DNA of 64,000 bases from Calditrichales bacterium (GTDB lineage: Bacteria > Calditrichota > Calditrichia > Calditrichales > J004), in the NCBI GenBank assembly GCA_965267575.1, contig OZ254086.1, forward strand, positions 3,520,001 through 3,584,000, given 5' to 3'. The notes beneath the pieces were generated by a model. That model did no database searches, had not been told where the DNA came from, and saw only the letters and a list, made by a program, of their open reading frames with translations. Made by a program: the position numbers and the translations under genes. This document shows positions 47,481 through 57,831 of the stretch, piece after piece (within the stretch, counting starts at the first letter, position 1; each line of letters opens with the position of its first letter).

Positions 47481-50158
47481 TGGCAAAGATTTTTATTGAC
47501 GGTAAAGAATACGATGTAGACGATAAAAAGAACCTGCTGGAGGTTTGTCTCTCGCTCGGGCTGGATCTGCCGTATTTCTGCTGGCACCCGGCGATGGATT
47601 CCGTGGGAGCATGCCGGCAGTGTGCCGTAAGCATGTTTAAGGACGAAAACGATAAGGACGGCAAACTGGTGATGGCCTGCATGGAGCCGGCAAAAGGGGG
47701 CACGCGTATTTCGCTGGAACACCCCGAAGCGCGCACCTTCCGCAAAGAGGTCATCGAATGGCTGATGACCAACCACCCCCACGATTGCCCTGTGTGCGAC
47801 GAAGGCGGTGAATGCCACCTGCAGGATATGACCGTGATGACCGGCCATGATTACCGCCGTTTTCGCTTCAACAAGCGCACATACAAAAACCAGTACCTGG
47901 GCCCTTTCATCAACCATGAAATGAATCGCTGCATACAATGCTACCGCTGCGTGCGCTTTTACCGCGATTACGCCGGCGGCAATGATCTGGATGTTTTTTC
48001 CGCCCACAACCATGTTTATTTCGGGCGCCATGAAGACGGCGTTTTGGAAAACGAATTCAGCGGTAACCTGGTGGAAGTTTGCCCCACAGGCGTCTTTACG
48101 GACAAAACGTTAAAAAAACATTATACGCGTAAATGGGACTTAACGACGGCGCCGTCTGTTTGCACGCAATGCGGCCTGGGCTGCAATATTATTCCGGGGG
48201 AACGCTATGGCGGTTTACGCCGCATTATGGGCCGTTATAACGGGGAAGTGAACGGTTATTTTATCTGCGACCGCGGGCGCTTCGGATATGAGTATGTGAA
48301 CAGCGAAAAGCGCGTTCGGGATATTTTGCATAAAAAGAATGACGGTAATTTAGAAAAAGTAAACAGCGTTCAGGCGCTGAATGCGATCCGCGGGATGTTG
48401 AAGGAGAATGCCATTGGTATTGGCTCACCGCGGGCATCGCTGGAATCCAATTTTGCCCTGCGCGACCTGGTTGGCAGGGATAATTTTTACAGTGGCATGA
48501 ATAAGGCAGAGCAGGAACTGACGAATTTATCGCTGAAAATTCTGCAAAAAGGACCTGTCACTGCTGCATCATTGAAGGATATCCGTGAAGCCGATGCCGT
48601 GCTTGTGCTGGGTGAAGATCTGACCAACACAGCGCCGATGATGGCGCTGGCCGTGCGCCAGGCTGTAAAAAACAAACCTAAGCAAAAGCTGGCGGAACTG
48701 GGTATCCAGGAGTGGCATGCCGAGGCAGCAAAAGAAGCCATCCAGGATGAAAGGGGTCCGTTCTATCTGGCCACACCGGCCCAGACAAAACTTGAAAATA
48801 TCAGCACGGAAAGTCTGCATGCCGCTCCCGCAGATATTGCCCGGTTGGGATTTGCCGTAGCCCGTGCGCTGGACAAAAATGCGCCGGACGCGCAGGGTGG
48901 AAAAGAGCATGAAAAACTGGCGTCTCAAATAGCTGCAGCGCTCAGGGATTCCGCAAAGCCTGTCATTATCAGCGGGTTCGGCTGTGGTGACGCGGGTGTT
49001 ATGATGGCCGCGGCCAATGTGGCCAAAGCCCTGCAGCAGCACAACCCTGAAACGCGGATAGCATTGACCGTTCAGGAAAATAACAGCATCGGCAATGCGT
49101 TGCTTGAGGGAGAAGAGATTGAAGCGGCCTTTGCCCGGGCGGAAAAAGGAGAGATTGAAACCGTCGTTATTTTAGAGAATGATCTTTCCCGCCGCGCCGG
49201 GAAAGAGAAAGTCGACGCCTTTTTGAAGAAGTGTAAAAACGTCATTGTACTGGATCACCTGAAAAACAGGACCGCTCAAGAGGCGGACTGGCTTTTGCCT
49301 GCGGCTACCTTCGCTGAAGCCGATGGAACGTTCGTTAATAACGAAGGCCGGGCGCAGCGCTTTTTTAAAGTATTTGCGGAAACGGAAGACAGCACATCCG
49401 CGTCTTGGCGTTGGCTTACACAACTGGCTTTGGAAAAAGCACTTTCTCACCAGGCGCTTCTGGAAAAAATGATTGCTGAAATGCCCCAATTAAGCGCCGT
49501 AAAAGATATCGCGCCGCCACCGGGCTTCCGCGTCAACGGCCAGAAACTGCCCCGTGAGTCACACCGCTACAGCGGGCGCACGGCGATGCATGCCAACAAA
49601 GATGTGAACGAGCCAAAACCGCCACAGGATGAAGACAGTCCTTTTTCATTCACCATGGAAGGCTATCGCGGCAAACCGCCATCGAGCGCCATACCGTTTT
49701 TCTGGTCACCGGGCTGGAACTCGGTGCAATCGATAAACAAGTACCAGATTGAGGTGGGCGGGCCGTTGCATGGCGGTGACCCCGGAAAGCGTCTTTTTGA
49801 GGGCGGAAAAAACGGGGACTTCAATTATTTTCAAAATAGTCCTGCCGGACCTGAGCGAAAAAAAGGGCAATGGCTGGCCGTTCCGGGCTGGCATATTTTC
49901 GGCTCCGAAGAGCTGAGCGTGCACACTGAGGGTCTTGCGGAGCGCATGCCGCAGCCCTATGTCAAACTTAACTCAAAAGACACGAAAAGTCTTGGCCTAA
50001 AAACCGGGGAGACTGTTTCGGTAAAAAGCGAAAATACACATCTGAAAGCAGAGCTTTCGATCGACGATACCCTGCCGCAGGGTTTGGCGATTGTGCCTGC
50101 CGGACTGCCGGGTATGGACTTTATGGCGCTGCCGGGCATCGTAACAATCGAAAAGTAG
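47480..50158 (+). CDS. nuoG: NADH-quinone oxidoreductase subunit G
   Basis: GACRQC, HPHDCPVCDEGGECHLQ, CIQCYRCVR, CTQCGLGC-x27-C; GTG start. Confidence 0.97.
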   Translation: MAKIFIDGKEYDVDDKKNLLEVCLSLGLDLPYFCWHPAMDSVGACRQCAVSMFKDENDKDGKLVMACMEPAKGGTRISLEHPEARTFRKEVIEWLMTNHPHDCPVCDEGGECHLQDMTVMTGHDYRRFRFNKRTYKNQYLGPFINHEMNRCIQCYRCVRFYRDYAGGNDLDVFSAHNHVYFGRHEDGVLENEFSGNLVEVCPTGVFTDKTLKKHYTRKWDLTTAPSVCTQCGLGCNIIPGERYGGLRRIMGRYNGEVNGYFICDRGRFGYEYVNSEKRVRDILHKKNDGNLEKVNSVQALNAIRGMLKENAIGIGSPRASLESNFALRDLVGRDNFYSGMNKAEQELTNLSLKILQKGPVTAASLKDIREADAVLVLGEDLTNTAPMMALAVRQAVKNKPKQKLAELGIQEWHAEAAKEAIQDERGPFYLATPAQTKLENISTESLHAAPADIARLGFAVARALDKNAPDAQGGKEHEKLASQIAAALRDSAKPVIISGFGCGDAGVMMAAANVAKALQQHNPETRIALTVQENNSIGNALLEGEEIEAAFARAEKGEIETVVILENDLSRRAGKEKVDAFLKKCKNVIVLDHLKNRTAQEADWLLPAATFAEADGTFVNNEGRAQRFFKVFAETEDSTSASWRWLTQLALEKALSHQALLEKMIAEMPQLSAVKDIAPPPGFRVNGQKLPRESHRYSGRTAMHANKDVNEPKPPQDEDSPFSFTMEGYRGKPPSSAIPFFWSPGWNSVQSINKYQIEVGGPLHGGDPGKRLFEGGKNGDFNYFQNSPAGPERKKGQWLAVPGWHIFGSEELSVHTEGLAERMPQPYVKLNSKDTKSLGLKTGETVSVKSENTHLKAELSIDDTLPQGLAIVPAGLPGMDFMALPGIVTIEK

Positions 50159-50174
50159 AAGGACGATTTTGTAA

Positions 50175-51122
50175 ATGACACTGAACCAGATAATCCTGAT
50201 TGTATCCGTGCTGCTTACGGTAATGACCATGGCGGCCGGCCTGATTTGGCTGGAACGGCGTTTGCTGGCGCTGTGGCAGGATCGCTATGGCCCCAACCGG
50301 GTAGGGCCGTTCGGTTTATTCCAGGTGCTGGCCGATATGATCAAGATTTTCTTTAAAGAAGACTGGATTCCGCCGTTTGCCGATCGCAAGGTTTTTGTGT
50401 TCGCGCCGGCCATTGTGCTGTGTGTTGTGCTGCTCAGTTTCGCCATCATTCCGTTTGCGCCGGGCCTAATAATCAGTGATCTGAATATCGGCATTCTGTT
50501 TTTCCTGGCCATGTCATCGATGGGCGTGTACAGCGTGGTTCTGGGCGGCTGGGCGTCCAATAATAAATACTCCCTGCTGGGCGCCATGCGTGCCTCGGCG
50601 CAGATGATCACGTATGAAGTTTTTATGGGGTTGTCACTTTTGGGCGTGGTGATGCTGGCAGGCTCCTTCCGGCTCACGGAGATTGTTGCCGCGCAGGAAT
50701 CGGTATGGTTTGCTTTTGTGCAGCCTGTGGGACTGGTGGCCTTCCTGATTGCGGCGATTGCCGAGACACACCGCCTGCCTTTTGATATTCCGGAGGCGGA
50801 AAGTGAACTGATTGCCGGCTACCACTCCGAATATTCGGGTATGAAATTCGGCATGTTTTTCGTCGGTGAGTATGTCGGTGTAACACTGATCTCGGCTTTG
50901 ACCGTTACGCTGTTTTTTGGCGGCTGGCTGGGGCCGGACTTTTTGCCGCCATTGGCCTGGTTCGGCATTAAAACGTTCGTACTTATTTGCTTTTTTATTT
51001 TGTTAAGAGCTTCCTTGCCACGACCGCGCTACGATCAACTGCTGTCCTACGGCTGGAAGTTGCTGCTGCCGTTGACCCTGTTGAATTTGCTTGTGACGGC
51101 GGCGGTTTTACTGGCGTGGTAG
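50175..51122 (+). CDS. nuoH: NADH-quinone oxidoreductase subunit H
   Basis: [37 protein letters not shown]. Confidence 0.97.
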   Translation: MTLNQIILIVSVLLTVMTMAAGLIWLERRLLALWQDRYGPNRVGPFGLFQVLADMIKIFFKEDWIPPFADRKVFVFAPAIVLCVVLLSFAIIPFAPGLIISDLNIGILFFLAMSSMGVYSVVLGGWASNNKYSLLGAMRASAQMITYEVFMGLSLLGVVMLAGSFRLTEIVAAQESVWFAFVQPVGLVAFLIAAIAETHRLPFDIPEAESELIAGYHSEYSGMKFGMFFVGEYVGVTLISALTVTLFFGGWLGPDFLPPLAWFGIKTFVLICFFILLRASLPRPRYDQLLSYGWKLLLPLTLLNLLVTAAVLLAW

Positions 51123-51166
51123 AGGTGAGCTAGAGTTTTAAAGCGGAATACCAGGGAAAGAAATAC

Positions 51167-51197
51167 AACCCCCTGGCCCCCTTTGTTAAGAGGGGAT
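51167..51197. repeat. C-run/G-run palindromic element between nuoH and nuoI
   Basis: AACCCCCTGGCCCCCTTTGTTAAGAGGGGAT; same layout as 62034-62065. Confidence 0.5.
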
Positions 51198-51227
51198 TTG
51201 AGTTTGAATAAAAAAACCGGGAGAAAA

Positions 51228-51743
51228 ATGTTAAGCCATCTGAGAAGTCTGTGGATTGCCTTTAGCCATATGTTCCGTAAGCGTGAAACAGTGCAGTATC
51301 CGGAAGAGAAACCTTATCTGCCGCCACGCTGGCGGGGCCGCATCGTATTGACGCGTGACCCTGACGGCGGGGAACGCTGCGTGGGCTGCTATCTCTGCGC
51401 CGCGGCATGTCCCGTGGATTGTATCGCCCTGCAGGCCACGGAAGATGAGCATGGCCGGCGCTACCCGGAGTTTTTTAGGATCAATTTTTCACGCTGCATT
51501 TTTTGCGGCTATTGCGAAGAAGCTTGTCCAACATACGCCATTCAGCTGATTCCCGATTTTGAAATGGGTGAATATGATCGCCAGAACCTGGTGTATGAAA
51601 AAGAGCATTTGCAAATTGCAGGGCAGGGTAAATACCCCGGCTACCACTATTACAAAGTAGCGGGTTTGAAAATTAAAGATAAAGACAAAGGCGAAGCGGA
51701 AGGCGAAGATCCGCCTGTGGATATACGCAGTCTGCTTCCTTGA
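51228..51743 (+). CDS. nuoI: NADH-quinone oxidoreductase subunit I
   Basis: [12 protein letters not shown] and [15 protein letters not shown] at 51228 with GGAGA RBS. Confidence 0.97.
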   Translation: MLSHLRSLWIAFSHMFRKRETVQYPEEKPYLPPRWRGRIVLTRDPDGGERCVGCYLCAAACPVDCIALQATEDEHGRRYPEFFRINFSRCIFCGYCEEACPTYAIQLIPDFEMGEYDRQNLVYEKEHLQIAGQGKYPGYHYYKVAGLKIKDKDKGEAEGEDPPVDIRSLLP

Positions 51744-51886
51744 AAGTGTTAATGTGTTGGTGTGTTAAAGTGTTAAAGTGTTAAAGTGTTAAAGTTTAAT
51801 AATCATGATCTTGTTCATGATCATGATCAAACACTCGAGACACCAAGACATCATGACATCAAGACTTAAGGACTTCGGGACTTAAA
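51743..51886. repeat. Compound short tandem repeat (8-mer/6-mer/8-mer)
   Basis: About 7 AAAGTGTT-like units, 5 GATCAT-like units and 7 GACWYMAA-like units. Confidence 0.9.
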
Positions 51887-51891
51887 ACAAA

Positions 51892-52419
51892 ATGATCTGG
51901 TTTTTCTACATCGCGGCGGCTGTGGCCATTTTTGCCACGGTAATGGTTATTACCCGGCTTAACGCCGTGCATGCACTATTATATCTGATTGTATCGCTGC
52001 TGGCAGTTGCGGTAATCTTTTTCCTTTTGGGCGCGCCCTTTATCGCGGCCCTGGAGGTTATCGTTTACGCCGGTGCCATCATGGTACTATTTGTTTTTGT
52101 GGTGATGATGCTGAACCTTGGCCAGGAAGGTGTGCGCCAGGAAAAAAAATGGCTGCAGCCTAAAATGTGGATCGGTCCCGGTGTGCTGGCGCTGATACTC
52201 ATTGTGGAGTTTGCGTTGATTTTCGGTCATACCGGTATGCGTGCCAGCGGGGGCCATACCATGGTCGATCCGGCTGAGGTGGGCACTGCCTTATTCAGCA
52301 AATACCTGCTGGGTGTTGAGTTGAGCGCTTTTCTGCTGATGGCAGGATTGATTGGCGCCTGGCACCTGGGCAGGAAGAAAAAGGAATCCATTCACCGCTT
52401 TCTTAAGGAAGAGCAATGA
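51892..52419 (+). CDS. nuoJ: NADH-quinone oxidoreductase subunit J
   Basis: [24 protein letters not shown]. Confidence 0.95.
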   Translation: MIWFFYIAAAVAIFATVMVITRLNAVHALLYLIVSLLAVAVIFFLLGAPFIAALEVIVYAGAIMVLFVFVVMMLNLGQEGVRQEKKWLQPKMWIGPGVLALILIVEFALIFGHTGMRASGGHTMVDPAEVGTALFSKYLLGVELSAFLLMAGLIGAWHLGRKKKESIHRFLKEEQ

Positions 52420-52724
52420 TACAGATACCGCTGCAAACAGGTCTGATGCTGGGCGCGATACTGTTTCTTCTCGGATTGGTGGGCGTGCTTGTCAGGCGCA
52501 ATGTGATCTTTATGCTGATGTCTGTGGAGATCATGCTCAATGCCGCGGGACTGACATTTATTTTTGCGGCATCGCGCTGGGGACAGGCGGATGGCCAGGT
52601 GATGTTTATTTTTATTTTGGCTATGGCTGCCGCGGAAGTAGCTGTTGGCCTGGCGCTGGTGCTTCAGCTTTACCGGAAATTCAAAACGCTGGATGCCGAC
52701 GCGGCGGGAAGGATGAAAGGTTAA
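52416..52724 (+). CDS. nuoK: NADH-quinone oxidoreductase subunit K
   Basis: RRN...[18 protein letters not shown]. Confidence 0.96.
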   Translation: MIQIPLQTGLMLGAILFLLGLVGVLVRRNVIFMLMSVEIMLNAAGLTFIFAASRWGQADGQVMFIFILAMAAAEVAVGLALVLQLYRKFKTLDADAAGRMKG

Positions 52725-52725
52725 T

Positions 52726-54600
52726 ATGTTGCCCGGATTAAGCTGGATTGTCGCTTTACCTTTATTGGGATTTCTGCTGCTTACATTTGCTGGCCGGCGC
52801 CTTGGCAAAACCGCCGTGGGGCTGGTGGGTGTAGGTTCTGTAGGGCTTTCCGCGCTTCTTTCAATTATTTACGCGATTCTGTTTTTCAGTAATCCACCGT
52901 CCTCAGGGGTCATCATTGATACGTTGTGGACGTGGATAAGCGTTGGCGGTCTGGATGTATCGATCAGTCTGAGGCTGGACGCGCTCTCACTGATCTTTAT
53001 CCTGGTGATTACCTTTGTCGGCTTTTTAATCCACCTCTACTCCTCCGAGTTTATGGAGGAAGATGAAGCCTATCCGCGATTCCTGTCTTACATGAATCTT
53101 TTTGTCACCGCCATGCTGATCCTGGTACTGGCCGATAACCTGCTTTTGCTCTACCTGGGCTGGGAAGGTGTTGGTTTGTGCAGCTATTTGCTGATAGGAT
53201 TCTGGTACAAAGATCCGGCAAACGGCTATGCTGCCCGCAAAGCGTTCATAGTAACGCGTGTCGGTGATACTGCCATGGCCATCGGATTGTTTATCCTGTT
53301 TTATGCTTTTGGCACGTTCCACATTGAAACTATTCTGAATAACGCGCCCGACGTATGGAGTGTTGGCGCGCCCATGGCTATTGCCGCGGCAGCCCTTTTA
53401 CTGGGTGGTGCCGTGGGCAAATCGGCGCAATTGCCGTTGCAAACCTGGCTGCCCGACGCCATGGCCGGTCCGACGCCGGTAAGCGCGCTGATCCACGCCG
53501 CGACGATGGTGACAGCCGGTGTTTACCTGATTGCCCGTACGCATGTCCTGTTTGAACTGGCCCCCGTTATCCAGGGCCTCGTGGCGGTTGTCGGATTGGC
53601 AACGCTGCTTATCGCAGGTTTCAGCGCGTTGGTGCAGTACGACATTAAACGCGTTCTGGCCTATTCCACGATCAGCCAGATTGGCTACATGTTTTTGGCT
53701 CTGGGTGTTGGCGCCTGGTCGGCTGCCGTTTTCCATTTTATGACGCACGCCTTCTTTAAAGCGCTGCTTTTCCTTGGCGCCGGCGTGATTATTCATACGC
53801 TGCATCACGAGCACAATATGTTCCGTATGGGCGGTCTGAAGAAGCAGCTGCCCGTTACATACTGGATGTTTTTGATCGCCTCCGGGGCGCTGGCCGCGGT
53901 GCCGCTTGTTACCGCCGGATTCTACAGCAAAGACGCGATCATCTGGTACGCCTGGGCTTCGGAGAGCGGGTCAGCCTGGTTGTGGGGCGGCGCTGTCATC
54001 GGCGCGTTTATAACGGCGCTCTATACCTTCCGCATGGTCTTTATTACATTTTTCGGGCGGGCCACGGCACAGATTACACACAAACCGGGTTTGCGTCTGC
54101 AACTGCCGCTGGTTGTTCTGGGCGTGCTCTCCTTCGCCGGTGGTTTTGTGGAGCTGCCCGCAACGATGGGCCATTTTACGCCATTTTCAGATTTTGTCAC
54201 TGCCGTGCTGCCGGCCACCGCCGCGCACCATTATGATTTTTTCAGCGAACTGATGTTTCAGCTTTTGGTTGTCGCATTAACGGCGACGGCCATCGTCATC
54301 GCCTGGCGTCTTTACCTGGTCAGGCCGGTGGAGCAGGGCGAGCCTTCGGCTTTGCAGCGCTTCTGGTTCAGCGGCTGGGGCTTCGACTGGCTTTATGACC
54401 GCTTATTTGTATGGCCCTACACCTGGATGGCGACAATCAACAAAAACGATTTTATTGATGCCTTTTTTAACGGACTGGCGCGTTTTACCGCAGGCACCAG
54501 CCGTGTTCTGCGCGTGACCCAAACCGGACGTCTGCGCAACTACGCCATGAGTATCGCTTTTGGCGCATTGATCACATTAACCCTGATGATACTGTTATGA
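52726..54600 (+). CDS. nuoL: NADH-quinone oxidoreductase subunit L
   Basis: GWEGVGLCSYLLIGFW, GKSAQLPLQTWLPDAMAGPTPVSALIHAATMV. Confidence 0.97.
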   Translation: MLPGLSWIVALPLLGFLLLTFAGRRLGKTAVGLVGVGSVGLSALLSIIYAILFFSNPPSSGVIIDTLWTWISVGGLDVSISLRLDALSLIFILVITFVGFLIHLYSSEFMEEDEAYPRFLSYMNLFVTAMLILVLADNLLLLYLGWEGVGLCSYLLIGFWYKDPANGYAARKAFIVTRVGDTAMAIGLFILFYAFGTFHIETILNNAPDVWSVGAPMAIAAAALLLGGAVGKSAQLPLQTWLPDAMAGPTPVSALIHAATMVTAGVYLIARTHVLFELAPVIQGLVAVVGLATLLIAGFSALVQYDIKRVLAYSTISQIGYMFLALGVGAWSAAVFHFMTHAFFKALLFLGAGVIIHTLHHEHNMFRMGGLKKQLPVTYWMFLIASGALAAVPLVTAGFYSKDAIIWYAWASESGSAWLWGGAVIGAFITALYTFRMVFITFFGRATAQITHKPGLRLQLPLVVLGVLSFAGGFVELPATMGHFTPFSDFVTAVLPATAAHHYDFFSELMFQLLVVALTATAIVIAWRLYLVRPVEQGEPSALQRFWFSGWGFDWLYDRLFVWPYTWMATINKNDFIDAFFNGLARFTAGTSRVLRVTQTGRLRNYAMSIAFGALITLTLMILL

Positions 54601-56177
54601 CACTGACTTTGCTATATCTGTGGCTGTTTGCCGGTGCATTGCTGGCCTGGTTTTCCGGGCGTTTTAACAAAAACGCGCCGCGCGTGGTGGCAATTGGTTT
54701 CATGATTGTGCACCTGGTTGGCGTTGTTGTGTTGTGGAGCGGCTTCCCCATGCTGCAGGCACAAAGCGGGCAGGGTGACTGGCTGCTTTCACTGAGCCTG
54801 CCGTGGATTCCGCAGCTTGGTATCCGCTACAGCCTGGCACTGGATGGTCTCAGTCTGTTACTGATATTTCTGACAGCTTTTCTGGGGCTACTGAGCGTGG
54901 CTGCCTCCTGGAAGGGCATTACGGAAAAAACGGGCTTTTTCTACTTTAACCTGCTCTGGATACTCGGCGCCATTGTTGGTGTTTTCCTGGCGGTTGATCT
55001 TTTCCTGTTCTACTTCTTCTGGGAAATGATGCTGATACCGCTTTATTTCCTGATCGGCATTTGGGGACACGAAAACCGCACCTATGCCACGCTTAAGTTT
55101 TTCATCTTTACGCAGGCCGGCGGCTTGTTTATGCTGCTTGCTTTTGTGGCGCTTTACCTGATCCATGGTGCCAATACCGGCTTTTACACCTTTGAATATA
55201 CGGAATTGCTCGGAACAAATATTGCGCCGGAGATTGCCTTCTGGCTGATGCTGGGCCTGTTTGTGGCCTTTGCCGTCAAGCTGCCGATGGTACCGTTGCA
55301 CACCTGGCTGCCCGATGCGCACACCGAAGCGCCCACGGCCGGTAGTGTTGTTCTCGCCGGTCTGGTACTGAAAGCAGGCGCCTACGGAATGATTCGATTT
55401 ATGGTGCCGCTGTTTCCGCAGGCCACTTTTGATTTTTCGCTGATTGCCATGGTGCTTGGCGTGATAAGTATTCTGTACGGCGCCATCGTTGCTTTTGGGC
55501 AAACCGACCTGAAACGGCTGGTGGCTTACACCAGTGTCAGTCACATGGGTTTTGTTTTGCTTGGTATTTTCGCCTGGAATGAGATTGCCCTGCAGGGCGC
55601 GCTGATCATCGTTCTGGCACACGGGTTGAGCACGGGCGCTTTGTTTATCCTTGTGGGCGCCATACAGGAGCGTCTGCATACGAGGGAAATGGGCAAAATG
55701 GGCGGCATCTGGAGCATTGCCCCGAAGATGAGCGGCTGGGCCTTGTTCTTCGCGCTGGCTTCGCTGGGGCTGCCGGGCATGGCCAATTTTGTCGGCGAGT
55801 TCCTGGTGCTTCTGGGATTGTTCCAGATTAATGTGCCGATTGCCGTGGTTGCCACCTTTGGTTTTGTGGTAGCCTCTATCTATTCCTTGTGGATTGTTCA
55901 AAAGGCCTTTCACGGCGGAGACGAAAACAAGCTTAAACTGGCCGATTTTGACAAACGCGAGGTGGCCGTTATGGCTTCACTCGGGTTGATCATTCTGTGG
56001 CTGGGGCTTTTCCCGCAGATGGTCTTTAATACATCACGGGCGGCATTGGACAATCTGCGCGGCAAGGTGGAAAAAATGCTCGAGGAGCCGCAAAAGGAAA
56101 CCGTGGAAAGAAGAGAATCGGACAAGATGCCAAGAATAAGCGGATTGACGGAAGAGGTGAAGCGTGAGCTACACTGA
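54597..56177 (+). CDS. nuoM: NADH-quinone oxidoreductase subunit M
   Basis: FFWEMMLIP, KLPMVPLHTWLPDAHTEAP, AYTSVSHMG. Confidence 0.97.
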   Translation: MTLTLLYLWLFAGALLAWFSGRFNKNAPRVVAIGFMIVHLVGVVVLWSGFPMLQAQSGQGDWLLSLSLPWIPQLGIRYSLALDGLSLLLIFLTAFLGLLSVAASWKGITEKTGFFYFNLLWILGAIVGVFLAVDLFLFYFFWEMMLIPLYFLIGIWGHENRTYATLKFFIFTQAGGLFMLLAFVALYLIHGANTGFYTFEYTELLGTNIAPEIAFWLMLGLFVAFAVKLPMVPLHTWLPDAHTEAPTAGSVVLAGLVLKAGAYGMIRFMVPLFPQATFDFSLIAMVLGVISILYGAIVAFGQTDLKRLVAYTSVSHMGFVLLGIFAWNEIALQGALIIVLAHGLSTGALFILVGAIQERLHTREMGKMGGIWSIAPKMSGWALFFALASLGLPGMANFVGEFLVLLGLFQINVPIAVVATFGFVVASIYSLWIVQKAFHGGDENKLKLADFDKREVAVMASLGLIILWLGLFPQMVFNTSRAALDNLRGKVEKMLEEPQKETVERRESDKMPRISGLTEEVKRELH

Positions 56178-57594
56178 TTTGAACCTGTTGCTGCCGCTGA
56201 TAAGCCTGGCGGCCGCGCCTGTTGTGATAATGCTTTCGATAGTGGTTAAAAGAAATCATACTGTTACGTTTTTGCTGAGCATGGCCGGTGTTGTGGCCGC
56301 GTTGCTGCTGATACCGGTTGCCGCGACAGATGCCCCGCGGGAAGTTCTGACCATTCTGCAAATTGACAACTTTGGCTTTTATTACCTCGGTTTGATCTTG
56401 TGCGCAACGCTGGCGGTGGTGCTGATTTCGCACAGCATGCTTTACAATTTCAACGATCAGCGTGAAGAGTTTTATATGCTGCTGTTGCTGGGTGCGCTTG
56501 GTTCGGGCATTATGGTTTTCAGTAGTCACTTTGTGTCACTTTTCCTGGGTCTGGAACTGTTGGGTGTTTCCCTCTACGCGCTTATCGGTTACCGCCGCGA
56601 AAATGAAGAGGGGATCGAAGCGGCCCTGAAATACCTGATCCTGGCGGCCGTGTCATCGGCTTTTCTGTTATTTGGCATGGCGCTGATTTATGCCGAATCC
56701 GGTATCATGGCCTTTGACCATCTGGCGCAATACGTGGATGAAGGGCAGGCCGGTTACCTGTTTGCCGCGGGTATGATGCTTGTTGTCGTGGGCGCCGGTT
56801 TTAAGCTTGCTGTAGTACCTTTCCACATGTGGACGCCCGATGTTTACCAGGGCGCACCGGCTCCGGTTACGGCGTTTATTGCCACGGTTTCCAAGGGCGG
56901 CGTTCTGGCCTTGGTTTTTCGCCTCGCCTCGGAAACAGACCTCCTTGGCAATACCTCGGTATGGATCGTATTTACACTTATTGCGATTGCATCTATGTTT
57001 GGCGGAAATATACTGGCGTTGCTGCAGGATAACGTGAAGCGCATCCTGGCCTATTCATCGATTGCCCATTTTGGTTATGTGTTGGTAGCCTTTTTGGCTA
57101 TGGGCGACGGTGGAGATGCAGCCGCTGCCTTTTACCTGGCTTCCTACTTTATCACCATCATAGGCGCCTTTGGCGTCATTGCTTATCTCTCGTCGCCGCA
57201 AAGCGACATACAGGAACTTTCAGACTTCCGTGCGCTTTTCTGGAAGCGGCCCTGGCTCTCGGCGGCTTTTACCGCCATCCTGCTCTCACTGGCCGGCATA
57301 CCGCTTACGATTGGTTTTATCGGTAAATACTACATCGTCCTTGCCGGCGCTGCGGCTTCGCTGTGGGGTCTGCTGATTATCCTTGTTGTTAACAGCGTGA
57401 TAAGTCTTTACTATTACCTGCGCATTGTCGTTACCATGTTCGCGCCCCTCGAAGAAGAAGCCTCTGTCGGTTCGCTTTCATTTTCCACACTCGGCGCGGG
57501 ACTTGGCGTAACATTGACGGTCATACTGCTGCTATTCTGGGGCATCCTGCCTGACGGGGTTATCAGTCTTGTGCGTTTTATGGTGGCACTGTAA
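56164..57594 (+). CDS. nuoN: NADH-quinone oxidoreductase subunit N
   Basis: EAALKY, FKLAVVPFHMWTPDVYQGAP, KRILAYSSIAH; GTG start. Confidence 0.96.
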   Translation: MSYTDLNLLLPLISLAAAPVVIMLSIVVKRNHTVTFLLSMAGVVAALLLIPVAATDAPREVLTILQIDNFGFYYLGLILCATLAVVLISHSMLYNFNDQREEFYMLLLLGALGSGIMVFSSHFVSLFLGLELLGVSLYALIGYRRENEEGIEAALKYLILAAVSSAFLLFGMALIYAESGIMAFDHLAQYVDEGQAGYLFAAGMMLVVVGAGFKLAVVPFHMWTPDVYQGAPAPVTAFIATVSKGGVLALVFRLASETDLLGNTSVWIVFTLIAIASMFGGNILALLQDNVKRILAYSSIAHFGYVLVAFLAMGDGGDAAAAFYLASYFITIIGAFGVIAYLSSPQSDIQELSDFRALFWKRPWLSAAFTAILLSLAGIPLTIGFIGKYYIVLAGAAASLWGLLIILVVNSVISLYYYLRIVVTMFAPLEEEASVGSLSFSTLGAGLGVTLTVILLLFWGILPDGVISLVRFMVAL

Positions 57595-57831
57595 ATATCA
57601 ATTCTAAACTGCCAATATTCTTTTAATCCTCGTAGCATTGGTGTGCGCAAAATACGCCCCTTAGTATCGTTTAGCGCAAATTGTGCGCAATGTAAATTTC
57701 CTAATATATCTTCCCCACTGGCTTTAACTGCAGGTTTAATGCACGTTTATGGCTTTTGTCCTAAATGGCATGGATGTTGTCTTTAAGTGAGGCGAGCTGC
57801 CACAGACCCTAAACTCACTTGGAGGCCGACG

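Noticed and set aside
51743..51886. CRISPR array
   Set aside because: Units are 6-8 bp with no unique spacers, and there are no cas genes.
54888..55913. Long antisense ORFs in nuo and CotH genes (e.g. 341 aa here, 289 aa at 9857-10726)
   Set aside because: Expected from codon bias in GC-rich genes; no recognisable motifs.
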